A stretch of DNA of 64,000 nucleotides, taken from Catajapyx aquilonaris. Lineage: Eukaryota. This document shows positions 37,606-50,000 of the stretch, in pieces (the first letter of the stretch is position 1; each line of letters opens with the position of its first letter). Where the stretch lies: positions 1 through 64,000 of the forward strand of contig JYFJ02002011.1 of NCBI GenBank assembly GCA_000934665.2, given 5' to 3'. The translations under genes and the position numbers were made by a program. The notes beneath the pieces are model-generated. The model had not been told where the DNA came from, did not search any database, and was given only the letters and a program-made list of their open reading frames with translations.

Positions 37606-38572
37606 GGTAATTGTTCACTTTAGATGACTATGACCTACAGCCGTTCTCGTGATACTCACTATTCAACTAAGTGTCTAGATACCTCGGGCTGCCTCTTCCG
37701 AGGCGCGGAAGACCTGTTTTAGCGCAAACACCCGTGTAGAACCGAAGTTACAAACATATCAACACAACGGCCACACATTCCATTACTCCTCGCGGCGCCA
37801 TATTTTATAGGGCTCCTCGGGGTCGGCCTGAGTCGATACCAATGGTTGCACCTGTCGATACTCGATACCCGCTCCGTGACGCGTCGTCGCTTAATAAGCA
37901 GACTTTTATCCTGCTTTTATATACTCTTTTTGGCGTGTATCCGCAGAGGATAGGGGTGTATCCGCTGAAGATAGGCTGTATCCGCAATTTCGGAGGTTAG
38001 GTTAGGTTAGGTTGGGTTGGTACATAGAGAAAGGGCCCTGTTTCTGTTGAAAATAGGCATGTATCCGCTGAAGATAGGGCTGTATCCGCAATTTAGGAGG
38101 TTAGGTTAGCCCTTTTTCTATGTACCAACGTAACCTAACCTAACCTCCGAAATTGCGGATACAGCCTATCTTCAGCGGATACATGCCTATAACCAGCGGA
38201 AACAGGGCCCTTTTTCTATGTACCAACCTAACCTAACCTAACCTCCGAAATTGCGGATACAGCCCTATCTTCAGCGGATACAGCCCGTATCGTTTGAATA
38301 TACAGTACCGTATCGGCCGGACACTCCCCTAACCGCAATAGTATCGAGCAGTGGGCTACCATTCGTATGCAACATGGCCGTCCAAAGCGGAATAGGCGAC
38401 TGGTACAGCGGTTCGGGAAAACCGCTGTAACTTCGGTTCTACACGGGTGTTTGCGCTAAAACAGGTCTTCCGCGCCTCGGAAGAGGCAGCCCTAGGTATC
38501 TAGACACTTAGTTGAATAGTGAGTATCACGAGAACGGCTGTAGGTCATAGTCATCTAAAGTGAACAATTACC
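37606..38572. mobile_element. Young non-autonomous Merlin-type element with TTAGG-containing core
   Basis: About 147-bp near-perfect TIRs ggtaattgttcac...; perfect 8-bp TSD tacagtac; subterminal and core sequence shared with 3464-7320. Confidence 0.88.
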
Positions 38573-38945
38573 TACAGTACAGCCAGGAGGTACAGTACAG
38601 TACAGCTGTTTCCTGCTGTTTCACATCCTATAGTACACCTGCGATGGTCTCCATCATCACCGACGGACCGAACACCTCATGAGAGAAAGTTGAGACACCC
38701 TGTATATCGTATACAGCACAGCATACCAAATTTTAAAAGTATTAAATTTAATACTTTTAAAATCTGGTATGCTATGCTGTATGACTACATCTTTATACGT
38801 GGATACATATTATAGGCTTAGGGCTTATCGGGTACCCGGGTCAACCTAATAACCTATACATATACTGTATCATGGTAGTAATTAAGTAAACTAGTCTGCT
38901 GTGATGTGTAACATATAGTCAAAGTACGACAACTACGACAACAAC

Positions 38946-38949
<4 letters not shown>

Positions 38950-39002
<53 letters not shown>

Positions 39003-39040
39003 CAACAATAATAATAATAAGTCAAACAAATAAATAAACA

Positions 39041-39080
<40 letters not shown>

Positions 39081-39098
39081 CAACAACAATAATAATAA
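38950..39098. repeat. (TAA)n/(CAA)n microsatellite attached to a minus-strand retroposon 3' end
   Basis: Visible repeat; the adjacent 39099-39135 resembles the SINE 3' end at 30640-30680. Confidence 0.9.
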
Positions 39099-39610
39099 TG
39101 GATACGATAATGGCTCCCTGGGCCTTTTAGGGGATGATCTTTCCAATAACCGTCTTTAATCATTGCCGTAAAAAAAAAAACTACAGTAGATTCGGATATC
39201 AAAAAACGCGCAAATCAGTCTGCTATAATAACCCGAGTCTGTTATAGCTAAATACACATGCCATAGAGTACGTAAGTAGCGGGACCACTCTGCTATAACC
39301 AAAGGATCTGTTGTTTTTTTTTCTTCACCTGGTTACTTCAGAGTACCCTTTTATTTTATCAAGGTCTAAGCGACATATTGTATAAACCCGCTGGTGTCCA
39401 TATAGTTCACGAGCAAGGACGAGGTAAAAATGAGGACTCTTCCATTTTGTTGCTTACAATAACCCGATTATTTCAGTAACTGTGCATCCCGCATCACCCG
39501 CATACATGAAAAATGAGGCTTTCAATCATGCTTTCAATTATATTCTAAACGGTACGCGTAATCCGGTGATAACAGCCCCCCAAAAAATATCCGATTTAAA
39601 TTACGTGTCA

Positions 39611-39850
39611 TGGGGGAGATGAAGTGGCGTCGCGGTAACGCGTGCGCCCACGGATATGAAGGTCCCGGGTTCAATCCCCACCCGGGGTTCCCACCTTTAT
39701 CCGTGCAGAGTTGGGCCATCTCTGGCTTCATTTCGGGTGGCAATTACCGACAGACTAAGCCACCCGGGGGAGTTCACAAAATGACTGTTAGAGACATTGC
39801 ACATGCACTTTGCACATCCCCTCCCACACCCTTGGAGTACACTAATAAGA
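39611..39850 (+). mobile_element. tRNA-derived SINE-like fragment
   Basis: gtggcgtcgcggtaacgcg...ccgggttcaatcccc A/B boxes. Confidence 0.6.
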
Positions 39851-40143
39851 TTCTTCTCTCGCTCCAATAATTCCCAATGGTGGTAGCCTAATTCCACCCC
39901 CCCCCCCCCTAAGGAGTAGATAGCTCCCCCCATGGGGTAATGAAAAAAAATGAAAAAAATACGTGTCAAGTTGGCAGGTCAAAGTTCGTGACCCTTGACA
40001 CGAGCATAATAGACTTGAAATTTCAGAACATTTTTGCAGTAATCCCCTATTCATAACCTTTCAGTTACGTAAGTTTCATTGTTGTATTCATATTACGCTC
40101 CAAGATATCAAATAAATAAGGCGGCCGGGTGCGCCTCCCATAT

Positions 40144-40390
40144 AGGGATCTCTGCAAGAAGAAGGTAAATGAAATTTCTAAGTATATTTATTTCTTAAAA
40201 ACAAAGTGTGCTAAGTAACATATTTCGCATGTATTTGATGGGACTTTATGGTATCTTCAAAAGTTCAAATGATTCACGTATACCAGCACTATACCTTCTA
40301 TTTTAGTCGAATTTTCACGAAATCAAATGTGCTAGTGCGTTTTTCTCAAAACGAATAATTTTCACTTACCTTCGTATTGCAGAGAACTCT
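40144..40390. mobile_element. Old MITE with degenerate TIRs
   Basis: agggatctctgcaagaagaaggtaaatgaaa versus tttcacttaccttcgtattgcagagaactct. Confidence 0.6.
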
Positions 40391-40599
40391 TCAATTGTTC
40401 TCACCTTGCATATGCCTCTGTGTGTAGGACCACCTTTACCCGACACAACTCGCGTCATTTTGACCCCCTCGAATCTTCGCACTGGTGAACATAGGTGGCT
40501 TCAAAAATTTTATTTGGGTAGATAAAAATTGGTTAAAAATACTACCCCCCTACTTCCATGTTTATATCTCTTTTCAGTTCCGACTTAAAAAATCCTAAA

Positions 40600-42050
40600 A
40601 ACTCCCAAAACGGCCAAAATATGACACTCACTGACTCACTCACTCACTCACTGATCATCAAAATTATACGGAACGTCCAGTGGTCCTAGGATTCTGAAAT
40701 TTGGTATCCTGGTAGAGCTTGTCAATCAAACATCAGAATAAATCTGAAAACGGCACTTTTTTGAGTCTATAAATGCTAAAAAAAAAAATTCACAAAGTCT
40801 GCTGCTGCTTACCAGATGCGGAATTTTTTCCACGGATTACTTTTTACTTTGAATTTCCATCAGTTATGCTGGTGCTCCTCCTGCCTTCCCCACGTTCTCA
40901 TCTCCTCACCCCCTTCCTTCCCCCCCTCATGCATACCGCTAGCTATCTGACTGAAGCTGCGAATGCATTTCATACAAATAAAAATGGTTCACCTATGACG
41001 AGCTCACTCTAAACATGAGGCAGCAAAATGATTCCACTTTTGTCGACATTTTAAACCGAGTCAGAGTAGGCGTCACAACACAAACGGACCGTCACGTTCT
41101 CTCCAAAAGATTGATTCCGCTGCATTCAGATTCCAACGAGGGCAGACTTCATGAAATCTGTCAATGCCTAGCCAAACTACCACAGGACACTGTTTGCTTG
41201 CTGCCAACTCGAAACATGTGTGACCAGTTAAACAACGCCATGCTCAAAGCCATTCCTCGTCCCGAGATCAGACTTATAGCAACTGATACTGTCGATTGTC
41301 CGTGGTTCCTCTCGAAAAGAGCCCGGGAAGCCCTAAGCACATCAGGAAGACTCTTCTATATGACTGCTGGGTTAGAAGCAACCCTACTTAGGAAGGTTAG
41401 GAAGGAGTCAGGGTAATGCTGAAGAGGAACATTGATGTCAGTTTGGGTCGGGTTAATGGTTCCATAGGGACTGTATAGTGCAAGTGAGATGGGATCCTGA
41501 CGACATCGCATCAGGAAGACTAGAAGTCTAGCTATAAAATTTAATAATGGCCTAGTGCATGACCTAGTGAGAGTGAAATCAAAATTCGAGGTCATCGATA
41601 GAGCCTATGTGTAGTACCAGGTAGTACAGGGAACAATTTCCAATTTGTGTGGCGTATGCCATTACCATACACAAGAGCCAAGGCCTGATCGAGTCTAACT
41701 AATGCACTCATCGCTATTGGTTCCTCTGTCTTCTCGTGCGGTCAAGCCTACGTGGCTCTTTCCAAAAGTCTCAACGTAGTGCATCTCTTGTCCTCCTTTT
41801 GTCCTTTACTAACATCAAGGCTCAAGAGTCTGCTATTCTGGAGTACGATAGATTGAGATCTATTTACCGACCAGACTTATCCATACTCAAAAGGGCTAAT
41901 AAGGCATCGACAGAAGTGGCTAAGGATCGCGAATGGGATATGCGATCAGGTGTAGCAGATGTCCAATTCGCACAACCAGAACAGAAAAAAAGGAAGCGTA
42001 CTATGAGAAAGCAGAAGAAAATCATACCTAATCAGAAGAAAAGATAGAGT
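40600..42050 (+). mobile_element. Helitron remnant with decayed PIF1-family helicase C-terminus
   Basis: NMRQQND, VMLKRNIDVSLGRVNGSIG, QFPICVAYAITIHKSQGL, GQAYVALS with frameshifts; (CTCA)n near the 5' side; ends approximate. Confidence 0.8.
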
Positions 42051-42107
42051 TGTACATACGGACCATTGCTTCCACGCCCAACCGTAGGGAGCTCCCCGAG
42101 CTTTCTT

Positions 42108-42650
42108 ATAATAATTATCCTACACTCCTGCCTACAAAAAGAGGTGAGATCCCACCAAAAACCTTTCTGTAAAAAAGGCCAAGTTCTCCTGACTGCTTGG
42201 CCGTCAAAAGTGGTGAGATCTGAAATACGGCCAAGTTCAATGTCGTACTCATTACTGGCATTCTCAAATTCTTCAAAGTAAACCACTAACTTTGTTTTTC
42301 CAGGTCGACCTTAAGTTTAATCATAAAACAAATTTAATTGAATTTCTCTTGATGTAACTTGGCCATTGCTCATGTCCGAGGTATTGTTGAATTCTACAAC
42401 TGTTTCAATGTTTTAAGAGCAATGGCCAAGTTACATCAAGATAAATTGCACTAAAAAAATTTATGATTGAACTTAAGGTCGACCTGGAAAAACAAAGTTA
42501 GTGGTTTAGATTGAAGAAGTTGAGAATGCCAGTAATTGACTACGACGTTGAACTTGGCAGTATTTCAGATGCGATGTCACCACTTTTGACGGCTAAGCAG
42601 TCAGGAGAACTTGGCCTTTTTTACAGAAAGGTTTTTGGTGGGATTATTAT
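42108..42650. mobile_element. Foldback/MITE with about 225-bp diverged arms
   Basis: 42149-42371 is the reverse complement of 42416-42644. Confidence 0.75.
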
Positions 42651-44077
42651 CTTCAAGGATAGGTACAAGCAAGGCAAGGGACCCATTTTCCTTAATAGTG
42701 GACTGCTATGTACTGTACTGTAAGCTGAAAGTTATGTGGAATTCTTTTATTGACCTGTACAAATCTTTACAACATTTACTGGGAAGCCAATCATGGGGGC
42801 CTTACCCAGTTGACATGAACAACATCCTGCACATTATTCTCCCACACATGTAAATGGGTAATTTTGCGCAACTTTCACATTCTAGTACGCCCAAGTCCTC
42901 AATATTACTTTCTGTAATGTCACATTTTTGGGACAGATGAGAGCATGACTCCCTAATGTTTACATTATTCTAATGTAATGGCATAAATATGATTTGGCCA
43001 TTGATACTACAATCCAAAATGTGAATTGAAAACTGCAATGTACGTAAAACTCTTTCCTTGTTTTGAAATACTGGCTCAGCCTGTGGACATAGATAAAGTA
43101 AAGTAACATTCAACACCTGCAGTTAATATATACCAATGACATGCTTTGGGCCTCTTTGCCAAAAATTTTTGCAAAATATTAACGAGACAACGAAATGAAT
43201 ACTCCACAGGTTCTCTGTCATTTACATTACGCAGTGAAAATATTACAAATTTCAATGTCTCTTTTCTGATACTTTTCCTCATGACTACCACTATGAACGC
43301 AATAAACTTTCATGTCGCCAAGTGGTAGATGCATTATTTTATGCTATACAGGTAATTCATGGCATGCCATTCAGCTGCGTCTATAAATAGGTGTAATAAT
43401 GTTTTCATCAACACATCATTTGGCAACATCTGAATTTTTGCTATCATAATTTGAATTTCCAGTAAATTATTCATTTAATAGCTGTTATTACATAGTGGCT
43501 AATGTTCAGCTTGGTGTTTTATTGCCTGATGATGTAAGTTATGTTGCATGTGTTAGTAAATTCTGAGAATATAAATTACAAAATCCCTGTTTTGTAGTAT
43601 TCACACAATGGAATTGTCTTTCATGACGTACCAGTATGCCATCATGACCTGCTGCATGTTAATCTGACAACGCATGTCCGTTCCACAGATAGCAAAATTA
43701 TTATTGAACGGTACGTTGTATGTATCGATACTGTACATGTCGCAAACTCTACAACGAGCATGCATGGAACTATGTAACATATCATGGAACAAAAGATGAA
43801 GAGCCTGATAGAAATACTTGCATATCCAATATTTTCCACTACTAAACATGCAGACAGCGTTCAGTATTGCACATCATGTACCGACATAACGATCTGTACT
43901 TCAAAATACTATTGTTCATAAACAATTGAGGACTTCATTATTATTCCTTTGAAATGCAAATGTGCATGTAACGACAGGATCCCGTGATACGGCAGCTGTG
44001 CTGGAGTCGTTCGTAATATTCCTTCTGTCAGTCTTTTCTTCCCAAGACATTTGACAATACTACTGCCAAAATTGTGG

Positions 44078-47000
44078 TCAATGAATACCAGTGACCTTCC
44101 TAATCCATGGTTTGTAGTAGGTCATCCTCATGTAGACTCCGGGCATGTTGGGATAGGCGCATTTGATGCCATGAGATACGGTCCCGGCCAAGACCCATCG
44201 GCCGTCTTCCCTCGGGATCATCAAAGGACCGCCACTGTCTCCCTGAAAACATTAGGAGATATTCATATTAGTTGATAAGAAAGTGTGTGATCTCGATGCT
44301 AACTCTTATGGGGCTGAATTGGTAGAAAAGAAATATGGCTGTTTACTGTTAGTTTTTGGTACAGGCCAGGGGTTCGCAACCTTTTTGCACCCGCGACCCC
44401 CCAAATCACCTAAAATTTCTCCACGGCCCCCCTTGCAAAAGTAACATACATAAATCTTCAATGAAGCAGCCAAACAATACAAGAAATTTCCCCACAATAT
44501 TAATACAAAACACCAAATATGGTACAATGCCTCTCACGACCCCCCTAGACCTGCTCCACGGCCCCCTGGGGGGCCACGACTCCCAGGTTGGGAACCCCTG
44601 GTATAGGCCTATACCAGTACTCTTATAAACGCCTAAAGCAAGGATTTTGAACGAAAACTACTCTAAAACACAATCGTGAACTGCTACCGCTTTGTGAATC
44701 GAGCCCCTGGAGATATGGCACCATGTTTGTTTTATACAAGAGGATACACCAGTAACCACGTGCAACTCTTATACCCAATGTGAAGTTATAGGTAGGATAT
44801 CGATTCCAATATTTCAGCGATAGTATGGGCGGAAACTATCTGTAGAACAACCACCAAGGGAATCGCAAGTTATCGTACAATAATAGTACCCACGCACAAA
44901 TATCAGCTATGGGCATAAATCAACACGGAATTGAATTCGCGAAATGCACGATTCAGGTGAATTGAAATTAATTGAATGCGAGGCAGCTACATTCGCTCAA
45001 GAATGAACATAACTGGAAATTTCTATTGTATATTAGTAAGTTATTTTACATTTGTGGAAGCCTACACTACACACTACTGTGCAAGTGCAGTAGACTCGTA
45101 AATGTGGGTCAGGTTTCAGACGCAAGGGGGATTACATGGACGCGTTTCAATGTCCGCGGCGAAGAGCAGGAAAGCCAATTATTATTCCCTGTCACGTGGT
45201 TACGCTCCTGCGAACCCGAATCTTTCATGCGAAGGTTGCGAGAAGCCTGTTTTCATGGAAGCGACTGCAAAGTGTAGCGGTGTTTCTGTAGGCTCGCATC
45301 CAACCGACACCGTTATCCTGCTTTTTCCGCCTCCTTTTCCAGTCTCTTCTCCTCAAATACTCAAGTCTGGTGACAATCCCCCCAGCCTCACTACCATTTT
45401 TGTCATCCGAAGCTTATGCCCATGACTAAAGCACAGTTTCCTCTCAGACCTCTCTCAGCTGTTCCCCTTTGGCAATCAGACAGAACTGGCAAAACTAGAA
45501 TCGCGCCCTCGAAGTGTGCTTGAGGTACGCATCTGATGACCTCTTCCCCTCACTCCCAAAGCTGGAGGAATATTAACCCTTTTTCTAACTAGCACGCACA
45601 TGTGAACAGCTGGTCGCTGTCTAGGTAAGGAGGAGTAGGAAGGAGTGGGGAGAAGAGGGAGGGGAAGACGACAAAATTGATTGGGTAATTGCAGGGCACG
45701 AATGGGCATATCCAGGTGTGAGGCCTACTTCGCGCATTATGGGAGTGCAGGTGACTTGGTGCTTCTTGTTAGTGTGTAATAGGAACAGTTGGTCAGGAAT
45801 ATTATTTGGGTTTGAGGCGGAGGTATTTTATGGGGCGTGATTTATTGCTGTAGCAGTACTTTTTTTGTGTATTTATTCCGTTTTCAAATGGTTGTGATTC
45901 GGAACACTTCGCATAACCGGTTCCGTAGGGCTTATCAGTTGAGAAATGATGCTTATACTATGGTGCCATATAAAAATAATTATAATGCCCTTAACAACGC
46001 ATAAATACCAGATGGAAAACACGCACTATTAATGATTCCTGAATAGACATAAATATAGCATCCAAAATATAACATGCTAATTGAAGAAAGTGATTAGAAA
46101 ATTATACGACATTACAGCCGTTTCAGGAGCGTATTATTTGAGTGTCTGTGTGGGTGACTACACCCTCCAAATAGCCTAAAGGTGACATTCAAAATATCAC
46201 TGTAACATTTATGCACGCCTTTACGTTATGTGTTCGATTTTTAAAATGAGTAACACGGACTCCCTCGAGTACTGGACTGTCTTAGGGCCAGTTGTATGAT
46301 AGATAGTATCCAGAACAAGAATGCAGCGAATAACATGGATGAACCACTACTCGGTGTAACTTACCATCAATAATATTACTGAGCTGGTGCCAAATTTGTT
46401 TACAATGTAGGGTAGATCAGAACTGTATAATCTAATATGGCATCACATTTGGTCAGTTTTCACAGGAGAAAATATACTTGCCTCACAGGAATCCTTTTGC
46501 CCATTGACATAACCAGCGCAGAGAAATGACTCTCGGATTGCTTTGACATGTCCTGCAGTGAGAAACATTTGCTGACATTGCTCATTCTTCAGAATCGGGA
46601 CATCGACTTCGTACAACACGCTTGGAACCCCTCCCGCTGAAATAATTAATTATTATTTTTTAAATGGTCAGTTTGGCCTAGAGAGCAATAAGTCTATCCG
46701 GGTGGACTTACCATATTTGAGCCTGCCCCATCCTGACACAATGGCGGATTTGCCCGTGAAGTCCTCCTCGTCGTAGGGCATGCAGATAGGAACAACATGC
46801 GGTTGGAAATCGACGGTCGTTTCCAATTCTAATAAAGCAACGTCATTTTCAAAAGTGTGAGCGTTGTAATCCCTGTGGACAATGACTCGTCGGACATTGC
46901 GTTGTAAGACGGGACGAGGTTCGGTGTCACTGGACAGGTCAAATTCGCCAAAGACCACAACTAATGAGGCCAGGAACCTGCAAGGGAAGTTGGAAGGCGG

Positions 47001-50000
47001 TGTGCAATTACATGCAACTAGTTAGTAACACTGTAGCAGTGTAGCTGGCCATACCCTGGCTGGCAATGAGCAGCAGTGAGCACGTAGCGATTACTGATCA
47101 GAACTCCCCCACATTTGTTCTTAGTGAATAGACCCAACCAGGTTGATTCTCTGACAAGGGCTTGCCAGGGCCATTGACCGAAACTGGATGGCTGTCCGCC
47201 GACGATGCGACCATTTTTTACCATGGGTCGAACTCCACATTCTGACAAAGAAAACGTCAGGTACAGTGACAGTCAACAAGCACTATATTGGCCTTCTTTA
47301 TTACCTCTTTTGTAATCCCATGGTCTGACCGGTCTTGCAGTCGTAGTAGTTGTTTTCACAGTAGCTGTCCTCTTGGTTGTGGTCTTCAGAATTGGGCGGC
47401 TGGTTGTTGTGATGTTTCTCTTGTGAGTATTCACCTGAGGGTGGAGCGTACTCCACGTCGAGGTTGCGTTGGGACGTTTAGTAGCAATTGGACGTCCATT
47501 TGTAGAAGGATGCCTGATTATCGGACGCTTGTTCGTTGTGGTTGGTTTGTATGTTGTCGTAGTGGCTTTTGTTGGCCTCTTCGTTGTGATGCTTACAGTT
47601 GTCGTAGTGGCTTTTGTTGGCTTCTTGGTTGCGATGCTTGCAGTTGTCGTGGGTGGTCTCCTTGTTGTCCTCCAGGTAGTCAAGGGCTTACCAGTAATGG
47701 TAGGTGTCGGTCTCCTCGTCGTGGTGCTTGGGCCCGTAATTATTGTGCTAGGTTTGGCAGTGAGTAAAGGTTTGATGGCAAGAGAAAGGGTTGTAGGGAT
47801 CGTGACTGATGTCGTGTAATTCACTTTGGTCACAGTTACGTTCAAACTGGCGCTAAGGTTCTCTACAACCTGATTCGCAAGAGTGTCCACATGATCTTCC
47901 AGATCGGAAGGGAGAGGGCGCTTTGTCACTATACTTGGTTTCCAAGAAGTGCTGCTAGGGGTTGTCATGTGAGATGTAGATGACACCGGATTATGGATCG
48001 AAACAGGCACAAAGATGGTGCTGGAGCCAAATGTAGGCTTGGTGACTCCATGAGGAGGCTTGAAATCTGGTTTCCAGTCATCCTTGATAGAATTCCAGGT
48101 GGACAGTCCCGAATCCACAGTGGACCAGGTGGTTAGACCCAACGGGGGCAGAAAAGAAGTAGTTGTCAGAAGCGAAGGAGAAGGTGCGGTGGTGGTCGGT
48201 CTGGTTGTGGTGGACCTAGTGGTTGGCTTTGGAGTAGTGGTAATGGTTGGGGTAGTGGTGGAGGGGTACTTGAATGTGTGGATGGCATAAGTGGAATGTG
48301 CCCACGCTGTCACTTTTGACGGAGCGGTGGTGGTAGGTACTGTTGTTGTGGCCCTCTCAGGCGGAAGAGTTGTGGGTCTGCTAAAAAAGAATGTGTTGTC
48401 ATCGTGATCTTGAGGAGCGAAGGAAGGATTGGGACGCTCACTTTCCCAATCGGATATGGGCAAAGGAGAGGCCAGTTGTGCTATAAGGTTCCAAATGGAG
48501 TTAGTGGAAGATTCGAGCGAATCTTCGGTGGTCACTGTTATGTCGTCGGTGGCACTCACTGTAGGGGTTGAGGTGACTTGATCTTCCCCACTCACAAACA
48601 CAAAAGTGCTAAGGGTAGGGTAGGGCGTGGTGACTAGAGTGTCCACCATGCCTCCTCCGGGCTGGATGGTAGTTGTCCTTCTCGTTGTTGTTCTCAATGG
48701 AGTATTTTCCACAAAACTGGGCAAAGTGGGCCTAGCCACGGAGGTCCACCTGTTTGTGGTAATGATGGCGTTAGTGGGTGGTATTTTGTTGTTGTTGCTG
48801 CTCAACCCCTCTTGAGGACGACTAGAAGTGGGTATGAGAGTGACAGCAACGGAACTCGAATTGTGCGGTATTTTACAGCAGGCGCCGAAGAGAAAACCGT
48901 CGATGCAGGTGGTCACCACTTGACCTTTCTTCTGGTAGCACTCAAAGTTGAACATGCAGGTTCCGGTTTCTCCCGATGGTGACGAACACGTCTTCGGGGA
49001 AATGTGGAAGCGCCCAGGCGGACTGTGCCCTGCAAGAAGGAGTTTGAAGAGCAGTTTGTTGTGAACAAATGGAAAGATAAAAATATTCTTCACTTTGCGA
49101 CAACAAAAAAGGTGAATTCCACACAAAAATTTTAAAAAATCCATGTCACTTTTCCAGCAGAAAAAAACGCTATCCCGTAATACCTAATTTGCATCATACA
49201 TAAAAAGATATGCAACCGAATGATTTTAATTAGTCTTCCGTCAGTTACCGCTACCCACATTTCTCGCACAGCACGACCCCAACTCACGAAACATGTCAAT
49301 TGCGTTCAAATCACCCCACAAGCACCTGCTTCCGTCAAGAGGATTTGACTACGTCATAAATTACACACCGAAACCTGTCTAACGGAGACTGTAAATATTC
49401 TCCAATAGACAGACCGCTTTATTAGCACTGTAAATACCCTGTCAGTTTGACACTAATTGGTGGAAACGTCATTTTTTCGCCTCTTGTCGCCTTGTCAGCC
49501 GTAATTGCTGACTGATGTGGCTAACTCATAGTTATTCTACTTCCTGCTTAACTAATGGGCGGCATTTTTCTATATTTATAACAATCATGTTCGTGACCTA
49601 TAGAACTAGGATGTGCGCTGTTGAAAATGTAATCTGCATGGGTATGATTAGAGTAGGTTTTAGGTGCAGTGGGATAGACCCTCGCCGGGACTCGAACCCG
49701 GGACCAGCCTTGTCGTACAAGAGCCTGCTCTACCTCTGAGCTACGAGGTGTATGACCACTTTCAGGGATATTTTTGGAATGTGGGTATGGGTATAGATGA
49801 GAAACACCGTACGCATGGTGCATGCACACATACAAGTCCAAAAACTGAGGCATTACATTTCTCTCGAGATGTCGTGCCAAAATCGTGCCAGGGTCGGAAC
49901 GGAAAGTAGGAAACAAGGGCGCAAATTACATAAAGACCTAGAATGAAATCGTGTGCCAATGTACGAAAGTGAATTAGCACTTTCCTCAACCTCTTCTTAT

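Noticed and set aside
37994..38245. (TTAGG)n as a telomere or chromosome-fusion site
   Set aside because: Only a few units per tract, all inside a TIR/TSD-bounded transposon.
41015..41416. Host PIF1 helicase gene
   Set aside because: Only C-terminal motifs, with frameshifts and stops and no introns; fits a Helitron relic.
47288..48815. Val-rich plus-strand ORFs
   Set aside because: Antisense shadow of the Thr-rich protease exon.
47273..49144. 623-aa ORF taken as a single-exon gene
   Set aside because: Its ends are intronic; the exon is 49029-47305 by splice sites and phase.
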